A DNA stretch of 64,000 bases from Escherichia phage YUEEL01: sequence record NC_054935.2; one strand, 5' to 3'. Shown here piece after piece: positions 56,720 through 64,000 of this stretch. The notes below the pieces were generated by a model that saw only the letters and a program-made list of their open reading frames with translations, made no database searches and had not been told where the DNA came from. A program made the translations under genes and the position numbers. How positions within the stretch are numbered: position 1 is the first letter of the stretch; every line of letters begins with the position of its first letter.

Positions 56720-58698
56720 TGTGATATAGGCTCCAAATCGATAGTTAAGTATTGTGGACGTAAGTCATTTTCAAATACAATCAGTGAACCGTCGCGAGTA
56801 AAGATAACATCATCGGTTGGGTCAGAATATAATTCGATGGTCTGAACTTCAAATTTTTCAGATGTTAAATTAATTTTAGCGATATTCCAATAAATCACAT
56901 CAGCTGGATAATTTATTTCACCGATAACATAGTATTTGTCGCGTCCATCAGAATTTGCTAATTTGTTAAAATCGTTGCCTGTATATGGCTGAATGTTTTC
57001 ATTTTCTGTAACATCGCCAGAAGCAAATGGACCAATAATAACTTTACCAATTCCTTTAGAATCTCGGTCTGTTGATACTATGCGAACGTCATATAATACA
57101 TCTTCTTCTAAACCAGTATCAGGATTTACAACCTTTCGTCCAGAATTAAATGAAAACGTATTAGATTCCATAGAACGATCTTTTATTTGATTATTGTATT
57201 TAATACCTGCTTCAGGCGTTTTATAGAAGTTTTGTACTTCACGAACAATTTGAATTGTCGCTGATGAGCCAATGATAGAATGATCTGCATCATCTACATA
57301 TGTCAACATCTTAGATTTAGCGAAAGATGAATTAAAAATTTCTACGTCTTCAGTATAATAACGATCAATTTTATCAATTATTTGACCTTCGAGCCACTGT
57401 TCGGATTCTTGCAGCTTATTTAAAGCATATGTGACTTTTAAATTAGTCTTAATAAAAAGATAATTAGGAGAAATAATTGATGGCGTAATAGGAGCTAAAT
57501 TATAGTCTTTGAGATAATTTTTAATATCTTCACGCTGTACAGTAGTTAAATACAGACCTGATTTAGGTTTAGCAGCAATAAATGCATAACCAGGTTTAGT
57601 AGAATCAGTGAAAGTCTGAACTGCTTGAATAATAGAACCAAATCTCTCTGAAACGAATGTATCATAGTCAGTCGCAGTTACGCAGCGTTGCTGGGTTTCG
57701 CGTTTAATAGTACCCAATTCGCGGATACGCTCAATATCTTCTGGATCACCGCCGCCATCTGCCCCAACAAAATCTGGGTCATCGTTTGGATTTTCATTAA
57801 TATTGATGACAGTTATATTTGTTAATGTATCTGCGTATGAAAATCCGACTGCTCCGTTCGCGTCAGCACCATTAGTACTGATGTACTCAATAACAATCGT
57901 AGAGTTCTGAGTAGGTTTAAGACCTCCGATATAATTAGCGGTCAAAGCTCCTTCAGAAGCATTAACAGAAATTTCACCTTCACCAAAATAGAATTCAGTA
58001 TTTCCATCAATAGTTTCACGCATGTAGTAAATTGTCGATGTAGAACCAGCATGAACCATTGACTTTCTTGTCCAGTTAATCCATTCTGCTCCATCAACGT
58101 ATAATTTAACCTGGTTTCTATCAATATTTTTATCATAAATGATAATAGGTGTTAATTTATCATAAATGATTTCAGTTCTTACTATACGTCCCTGGGCCAA
58201 TTTTAAACGCGGAAAATATTGGTTATTTTTATCACGAATAGCAATAACGTCTTCGGTAGAAACGAAGTTATATGGATTAACAGAAGTATCTTTTGCATAT
58301 GCTAAAAAGCGAGTTCCGCGAGGAATAGTAATGTAATTCCTATTCAATGCGTCGGTGCATGTTAACATAATTTCGGTCTGCGCAGCGGATTTTGAAGTAG
58401 GTAAATATCCGTTATCTTGTGCAGCTTGAACAACTGAACTTCGTAAGTTAGCAGTACGCATAAAGCTTTCATACACAGCAGCATTACCAAACTGTTGAAT
58501 GTACAGCGTATTATAAGCCAAAAGGTCGCACAGAACGTTTAATCTTGAGCCTTCAAAATCATAATCCAAAAATTCATTTTGGCCATTAAGCCATTCAATG
58601 AGGTTTTGTTTTATTTCAGCAAATGTACCCCCGACGAATATCTCGGGAATAGCATTTGCTGTTCTTGTTAATTGATAATTTACAGGGGTATTTGCCAT
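56716..58698 (-). CDS. 6: baseplate wedge protein gp6
   Basis: 660 aa, synteny and length as T4 gp6. Confidence 0.92.
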   Translation of the reverse strand: MANTPVNYQLTRTANAIPEIFVGGTFAEIKQNLIEWLNGQNEFLDYDFEGSRLNVLCDLLAYNTLYIQQFGNAAVYESFMRTANLRSSVVQAAQDNGYLPTSKSAAQTEIMLTCTDALNRNYITIPRGTRFLAYAKDTSVNPYNFVSTEDVIAIRDKNNQYFPRLKLAQGRIVRTEIIYDKLTPIIIYDKNIDRNQVKLYVDGAEWINWTRKSMVHAGSTSTIYYMRETIDGNTEFYFGEGEISVNASEGALTANYIGGLKPTQNSTIVIEYISTNGADANGAVGFSYADTLTNITVININENPNDDPDFVGADGGGDPEDIERIRELGTIKRETQQRCVTATDYDTFVSERFGSIIQAVQTFTDSTKPGYAFIAAKPKSGLYLTTVQREDIKNYLKDYNLAPITPSIISPNYLFIKTNLKVTYALNKLQESEQWLEGQIIDKIDRYYTEDVEIFNSSFAKSKMLTYVDDADHSIIGSSATIQIVREVQNFYKTPEAGIKYNNQIKDRSMESNTFSFNSGRKVVNPDTGLEEDVLYDVRIVSTDRDSKGIGKVIIGPFASGDVTENENIQPYTGNDFNKLANSDGRDKYYVIGEINYPADVIYWNIAKINLTSEKFEVQTIELYSDPTDDVIFTRDGSLIVFENDLRPQYLTIDLEPISQ

Positions 58699-58706
58699 TT
58701 TAAATC

Positions 58707-59000
58707 CTATTTAATGAATACTTTAGATGATGCCTGAGCCACAGTATCACCGCATGATATTGGATCAGCCATTTGAACAGCTTTCTTTCCAGTGACATAT
58801 ACCTTAGAAGTTCTAGGTTGTGTCACTCCGCCATGTGTTTCATATGGCTTTTTAATTTCTGTATGTTCTGTAATTGGATCACCTGCTACGAGAACAGCAA
58901 TTCCTCCAGTGAATACTTTACTTTGTGTAGCATTCACAACTGTTGGAGGCCATGCTTCATGGCCGGCAGTAACACACTTATCATAACTTAATCCTGACAT
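58707..59000 (-). CDS. 5.4: PAAR-like spike-tip protein gp5.4
   Basis: 97 aa, small beta-rich protein between genes 5 and 6 as in T4. Confidence 0.85.
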
Positions 59001-59558
59001 CTATGACCTCTCATACACATAGCTTCTTAATTTATTAGCCCAACGACTCCAATTTCCAACTATAGTTTTAGTATAATTTTTAACGAGAGTTTTTCTTACT
59101 GGAGCAGGAGGATCTGTCGGTTCAGTAGTATCAGAAGATGACCTAGAATTACTGCCAGAACCTCCAGATTCACTTTGTTCTTGGTAGTCATATATTAATG
59201 TTACTTCGTAAGTGAATGTCTTCTGGAGGTTTTGAGGAGCTTTCCATAAATACAACTGAGTATCAGAATCAGTAGGAAGTTCTTCCCATGAAGCAGCAGT
59301 TTTAAATTCATCGCCTAAACGATATTTCAACGCGTCATTTCCAAATCCAAACACAGATTCATATGTTCCGTATAAGCGATTTTCTTCTACTAAAACCCCA
59401 GGAGTTTCTTCGTAACTAGTTATATTTATAGATACTAACGTTTCACCTGTTTCTAATTGAGCGGTAAAGGTGACGTCGATAGAAGAACCTTCCATGGATT
59501 CTCCTAAATCAGCGCTCATTGGAAGTATATTAGCCAATGTCAATCCTCGATCCATCAA
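59001..59558 (-). CDS. hypothetical protein (T4 5.1 position)
   Basis: 185-aa ORF between gene 5 and 5.4; start uncertain (overlaps gene 5 end by 29 bp). Confidence 0.6.
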
Positions 59559-61257
59559 TTGTGTATTGACCAGATGAAATAGAACTCATAGATGCCATTT
59601 TTTCTGTCCAATCACCACCAACGTCCCAATCAACTGTCCCAGCAACTTTCCAAGAAAGATTTCCATTTACTGTGTTAGTTTGATTTCCTTCAACTAAAGT
59701 GGTAGCATCTCCTTTAACTGTAATGTCAGCATTACCTTCAACTACAATAGTAACATTACCTTTAACTAGGATAGTTCCATTGCCTTCAACAGTTTTCGTT
59801 TCGTCGCCACGTACAAATATTGTATTGCTTCCATCTATCTGGTGAAGACGATTATCCATGTTGTAATAAATTTCTGATCCACCGACGTTAGTCTTTTTAT
59901 CACCGGCTACCAAAAAATTACCATCAGCGTTGGTTATATCATACAAATTATCAACAGTTTTTCTTGTTCTTCTTCCTGACGGTGATACTTCTTCATAAGT
60001 TCCAGTTGGATGAACTAATCTGTATCGTTCTTGCCCAGGGGTATCATCAAATTCCTGAATATGTCCACTTTCAGTTTCCATTGTATGCACATAAGGATAT
60101 TCACCTTTATATGAAGAAACTGGTTCTTTGAATAAAATTCTCGAGTCATTTGGAATAGGAGGGTCAGCAGGGTCAGAAGATTTAGCTACAGTAGCAGCCA
60201 TTGCTGATAGAGACCTAGCTGGGGTTTTCACTTCAACGCCATATGATTCTAAATTTCCCGTAAGAATAATCATGGTAACACGGGATGCACGGCCTTTTGT
60301 TTGTTGATACCATAATGAATCACGACCGGCTTTATACGCTTTTTCCCAATCTCCTGCTAACATAGCAGTTAACATTGTGTTAAATTTAGCTACACCACCA
60401 ACACCCATCTGAAATGCCATATTTTCTAACGCCATTTGACGAGAACGGTTGACAGCTTGCCAGACTGGTCCTACTTTAGAATGTGATTTAATGTCCCGTT
60501 GCATATCAGCCAAATCACGTTCAAATAAAGTCGTCGCCTCTTCCATCGTAATAGAACCTGGGTTTCCAGTAATTTCACGACCAACTTGTTTTGATAAAAC
60601 TTTATTAATTTGAGCCATATCACGAACTGGCTGCTTCATGATAAGATGACCAATACCAATTGTCGGATATCCTTCGGTATCCCAATAAACTTTTAATCTT
60701 AATCCTTCATCACGGCGAAGCATTTCAGCCATTGACATATTTGGATTATCATCGGTTGGAATCTCTGATAGTGGTCTATCATCGGGATTTATTGCAGTGT
60801 CTAAGTTACTATCTTGGATAATGTTAGAAGACGAATCATATCCTACTTCTCCGCCTTGGTTTAATACATTAGTATCATTTCCTAAACGTCTAGGATATTG
60901 CCCAGTTGGGTCAGAAAATCCTTCAAGTCTATTCGGTTTTTCGCGAACTATTCCACCATACGTGCCAAGGACAATTCCGTTAGTTTTCCATTTGTCTAAA
61001 AAATGACCATAAACTCTAGTTCCTTCTACCGGTCCAGTAACAGAACCTCCAATTCCAGACATTGCTGCAGAAGTTATAGGTTGAATAACTGACATCCATG
61101 GTAATTTTTCAGTTGGAATACCCATTACATCGCCTTGTGCTCTTTGAGGTGGATGCAGACCAACCACACGAACACGAACACGACCTAATTTTAATGGGTC
61201 CATTCTATCTTCAACAACACCAACAAACCAATTAAGGTTATTACTTATCATTTCCAT
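59530..61257 (-). CDS. 5: baseplate central spike / cell-puncturing lysozyme gp5
   Basis: 575 aa MEMISNNLNWFVGVVEDRMDPLKLGRVRVRV...; C-terminal VEGN-type beta-helix repeats; matches T4 gp5. Confidence 0.95.
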   Translation of the reverse strand: MEMISNNLNWFVGVVEDRMDPLKLGRVRVRVVGLHPPQRAQGDVMGIPTEKLPWMSVIQPITSAAMSGIGGSVTGPVEGTRVYGHFLDKWKTNGIVLGTYGGIVREKPNRLEGFSDPTGQYPRRLGNDTNVLNQGGEVGYDSSSNIIQDSNLDTAINPDDRPLSEIPTDDNPNMSMAEMLRRDEGLRLKVYWDTEGYPTIGIGHLIMKQPVRDMAQINKVLSKQVGREITGNPGSITMEEATTLFERDLADMQRDIKSHSKVGPVWQAVNRSRQMALENMAFQMGVGGVAKFNTMLTAMLAGDWEKAYKAGRDSLWYQQTKGRASRVTMIILTGNLESYGVEVKTPARSLSAMAATVAKSSDPADPPIPNDSRILFKEPVSSYKGEYPYVHTMETESGHIQEFDDTPGQERYRLVHPTGTYEEVSPSGRRTRKTVDNLYDITNADGNFLVAGDKKTNVGGSEIYYNMDNRLHQIDGSNTIFVRGDETKTVEGNGTILVKGNVTIVVEGNADITVKGDATTLVEGNQTNTVNGNLSWKVAGTVDWDVGGDWTEKMASMSSISSGQYTIDGSRIDIG

Positions 61258-61831
61258 AAGATTTCTCCATTATACGTATAAGGTCGTTCATAAATGAATT
61301 AATGTCTGATTTTGCTATTATTTTTATTTGACGAAGTTTTTCATTTTCAAGAACAGCATCTTCATACGTATTAACAGCAGCAAGTGCTCCTTCATATTGA
61401 GGATATTTTCTAGCTTTATCACCTTTATCATACCAAACATATGGATTATCATCGTATGATATTAAATTATAAAATTTTTCACCGTTCTCATTCACATGAT
61501 ATACTATTTGGTCTCCACCTACATTTTTGTATTTTTGTATAGATGCTTGATAAGCTGCTTCTTGTGAAGTAATCCATCCATAATACGGGTCATAATTATC
61601 ATTACACATCAATAAAACCCAATACAACTGTGGATTTCCATATATAGTATTTGCTAATTCTTCCGGGCGTGGTGAACCTTTGATATAATAAGTACGTAAG
61701 CGGTATCCCGCAAGAGCGCGTTTAAAATAGTCTTTATAGTTTCTAAAAATATCTGTCATAGGAATAGTCGGCGCGTTTTTATTCACCGTTTTGGCCGCAT
61801 ATTCAATCGGATCAAAAAATGTAAAGAGCAT
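61241..61831 (-). CDS. 53: baseplate wedge protein gp53
   Basis: 196 aa, synteny; late promoter upstream. Confidence 0.88.
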   Translation of the reverse strand: MLFTFFDPIEYAAKTVNKNAPTIPMTDIFRNYKDYFKRALAGYRLRTYYIKGSPRPEELANTIYGNPQLYWVLLMCNDNYDPYYGWITSQEAAYQASIQKYKNVGGDQIVYHVNENGEKFYNLISYDDNPYVWYDKGDKARKYPQYEGALAAVNTYEDAVLENEKLRQIKIIAKSDINSFMNDLIRIMEKSYGNDK

Positions 61832-61844
61832 GGGCCCTCCTGTT

Positions 61845-61852
61845 TATAAATA
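61845..61852 (+). promoter_or_regulatory. late promoter TATAAATA for gene 4
   Basis: Exact TATAAATA 27 nt upstream of gp4 ATG. Confidence 0.6.
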
Positions 61853-61859
61853 TATTATC

Positions 61860-61867
61860 TATTTATA
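61860..61867 (-). promoter_or_regulatory. late promoter TATAAATA for gene 53
   Basis: Reverse-complement TATAAATA 29 nt upstream of gp53 ATG. Confidence 0.6.
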
Positions 61868-61878
61868 AGGAGAATCCA

Positions 61879-62331
61879 ATGGCATATTCTGGAAAATGGG
61901 TTCCTAAAAATATATCAAAGTATAGAGGTGACCCTAAAAAAATTACGTATAGATCAAATTGGGAAAAATTCTTTTTTGAATGGTTAGATAAAAATCCAGA
62001 AATTATTGCATGGGGTAGTGAAACAGCAGTAATTCCTTATTTTTGTAATGCAGAAGGGAAAAAACGTAGATACTTCATGGATATTTGGATGAAAGATTCT
62101 TCTGGACAAGAATTTTTTATTGAAATAAAACCTAAAAAAGAAACACAACCACCAGTTAAACCGGCGCATCTAACAACCGCAGCGAAGAAAAGATTTATGA
62201 ATGAAATTTATACCTGGTCTGTTAACACCGACAAATGGAAAGCAGCACAATCTTTAGCTGAAAAGCGTGGAATAAAATTTAGAATTTTAACAGAAGATGG
62301 ATTACGAGCTCTTGGCTTTAAGGGGGCATAA
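61879..62331 (+). CDS. 4: head completion protein gp4
   Basis: 150 aa, divergent from gene 53 as in T4; late promoter upstream. Confidence 0.88.
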   Translation: MAYSGKWVPKNISKYRGDPKKITYRSNWEKFFFEWLDKNPEIIAWGSETAVIPYFCNAEGKKRRYFMDIWMKDSSGQEFFIEIKPKKETQPPVKPAHLTTAAKKRFMNEIYTWSVNTDKWKAAQSLAEKRGIKFRILTEDGLRALGFKGA

Positions 62332-63155
62332 TGGCTATTTTTCAAATAATTAATGAAAGCACTCCCCAAGTTCCAAAGGTTAAGCAATCATTAAACGAAA
62401 AGAAATGGATTCAGATAGGTCTTGAATATAAAAAGGCCAAAGCAAAAGGAATGACAGGAAAGCAATTTGCTGAAGAAAGAGGAATCAAATACTCTACGTT
62501 TACTTCAGCAATGTCAAAATATGCTTCAGGAATTAAAACGGCTGAAAAGATTCAAAAGCTTGAATCAAAACCAATGAATAAACTCAATAAGCAAGAAAGA
62601 CAACTGCTTATGATAAATTCATTCAGACAAACATTGCGTGATAAAATTCGTAATGAAGGTGCAGCAATTAATAATAAAACCAGAAAGTGGTTTGCTGAAA
62701 CTATTAAGCAAGTAAAAGGACATAAAGTTGTTCGCCCGCAGCCGGGACGAATATATGCTTTTGCTTATGATGCTAAACACAAGGAAACTCTTCCTTACTG
62801 GGATAAATTTCCTTTAATAATTTACCTTGGTTTAGGTAAGCATAATTTAATGTATGGATTAAACTTGCACTATATTCCACCTAAAGCTCGTCAGCAATTT
62901 CTAGAAGAGCTTTTAAAGCAATATTCAAATACACCTACTATTACTAATAAAACGAAATTAAAAATTGATTGGAGTCAAGTGAAAGGATTTAGGGGTGCAG
63001 ACCAAATGATTAAGGCATATATCCCCGGTAATATTATGGGTAGCCTTGTTGAAATCGCCCCGAAAGACTGGGCGAACGTTGTGTTAATGCCACTTCAGCA
63101 GTTCGTTTCAAAAGGAAAACGTTTCTCTGCAAACAAAGTCTGGTCAAATATCTAA
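62331..63155 (+). CDS. 2: DNA end-protector protein gp2
   Basis: 274 aa, synteny and length as T4 gp2. Confidence 0.88.
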   Translation: MAIFQIINESTPQVPKVKQSLNEKKWIQIGLEYKKAKAKGMTGKQFAEERGIKYSTFTSAMSKYASGIKTAEKIQKLESKPMNKLNKQERQLLMINSFRQTLRDKIRNEGAAINNKTRKWFAETIKQVKGHKVVRPQPGRIYAFAYDAKHKETLPYWDKFPLIIYLGLGKHNLMYGLNLHYIPPKARQQFLEELLKQYSNTPTITNKTKLKIDWSQVKGFRGADQMIKAYIPGNIMGSLVEIAPKDWANVVLMPLQQFVSKGKRFSANKVWSNI

Positions 63156-63261
63156 TTCTATTATCTTCCATTCTTTTCTATTGTTTGTTCTAATTGGAAT
63201 TGAATGGAAGGGACTTAGACCCATTATACCACCAACATTTATAAAGCATTATGAGGAATAT

Positions 63262-63792
63262 ATGTCGCAAGCACTGCAACAAATTTTTAACCAAGCAAAT
63301 ACAACTAACTTTGTAGTATCAATACCACATAGTAATACTACATCTGCTTTTACTTTAAATGCTCAGTCAGTTCCTATTCCAGGAATTAGGATACCTGTTA
63401 CTGATACCGTGACTGGGCCGTTTGGACTAGGCAGAGCACAACGTCCAGGAGTTACATTTGAATACGATCCACTCATCGTGAGATTTATAGTTGACGAAGA
63501 GCTTAAGTCGTGGATAGGAATGTATGAATGGATGCTAGGAACTAGTAACTATCTTACAGGCGAAAATACTGCCCAAAAAACAGGTCCTGAATACATTACG
63601 CTTTACATTTTAGATAATAGCAAAACTGAAATCGTGATGTCAATAAATTTTTATAAGCCTTGGGTTTCTGACCTATCTGAAGTAGAATTTAGCTACACAG
63701 AAGATTCAGACCCGGCTTTAGTATGTACAGCAACGATTCCTTATACGTATTTTCAAGTAGAAAAAGATGGAAAAATTATAGCGGAAGTTTAA
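63262..63792 (+). CDS. 3: tail completion / tube terminator protein gp3
   Basis: Track ORF starts at 63181; ATG at 63262 with GAGG SD gives 176 aa MSQALQQIFNQANTTNFVV... matching T4 gp3. Confidence 0.88.
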   Translation: MSQALQQIFNQANTTNFVVSIPHSNTTSAFTLNAQSVPIPGIRIPVTDTVTGPFGLGRAQRPGVTFEYDPLIVRFIVDEELKSWIGMYEWMLGTSNYLTGENTAQKTGPEYITLYILDNSKTEIVMSINFYKPWVSDLSEVEFSYTEDSDPALVCTATIPYTYFQVEKDGKIIAEV

Positions 63793-63816
63793 TGCTTCAG
63801 TTTCATGTGTTATAAT
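63791..63816 (+). promoter_or_regulatory. MotA-dependent middle promoter for gene 1
   Basis: MotA box AATGCTTCA 63791-63799, 11-bp spacer, TATAAT 63811-63816. Confidence 0.55.
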
Positions 63817-63841
63817 CTTAACTAAATTTGAGGAGAAACAT

Positions 63842-64000
63842 ATGAAACTAATCTTTTTAAGCGGTGTAAAGCGTAGTGGAAAAGATACTACTGCTGATTT
63901 TATCATGAGCAATTATTCTGCAGTTAAATACCAACTTGCTGGTCCTATTAAGGATGCATTGGCTTATGCATGGGGAGTATTTGCAGCAAATACCGACTAT
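63842..64000 (+). CDS. 1: deoxynucleoside monophosphate kinase gp1 (5' part; runs off window end)
   Basis: MKLIFLSGVKRSGKDTTADF with P-loop-like GVKRSGKDT; AGGAG SD; middle promoter upstream; truncated at window edge. Confidence 0.85.
   Translation, partial: MKLIFLSGVKRSGKDTTADFIMSNYSAVKYQLAGPIKDALAYAWGVFAANTDY

Overview
This window is a contiguous segment of a T4-like (Tevenvirinae, T-even) myovirus genome, read in reverse-complement orientation relative to the conventional T4 map. Plus strand, left to right: early/middle genes rnlA(63) - alc - spanin pair - pseT - cd - 31 - rIII - a block of nine small '30.x'-type ORFs - 30 (DNA ligase) - alt plus a tandem alt paralog. Then comes the baseplate hub/tail-tube block 54-48-29-28-27-51 (minus) with 26-25 (plus), then uvsY, uvsW/uvsW.1 (minus), inh, hoc, rnlB. 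The rest is the long minus-strand late structural operon 24-23-22-21-68-67-20-19-18-17-16-15-14-[HNH]-13-wac-12-11-10-9-8-7-6-5.4-5.1-5-53, followed by 4-2-3 and the start of gene 1 (plus). Gene calls rest on the supplied ORF track plus my recollection of T4 protein sequences, gene lengths and synteny; no database search or computation was run, so identities are from memory. Several track starts are TTG/GTG and were moved to the ATG that matches the T4 N-terminus and has a Shine-Dalgarno. Regulatory calls are motif-based: T4 late promoters (TATAAATA), early promoters (GTTTAC -35 / TATAAT-like -10), MotA-box middle promoters, and GC-stem tetraloop hairpins. No tRNA, rRNA, CRISPR array, integrase or transposase was seen. 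The gene content is the T4 core; the points that differ from T4 as I remember it, or that look acquired, are: an HNH endonuclease gene wedged between neck genes 13 and 14; a hoc gene enlarged by tandem Ig-domain repeats; a GC-rich NADAR-like gene with an adjacent HAD-like gene; tandem alt paralogs; and a duplicated early promoter/leader cassette.
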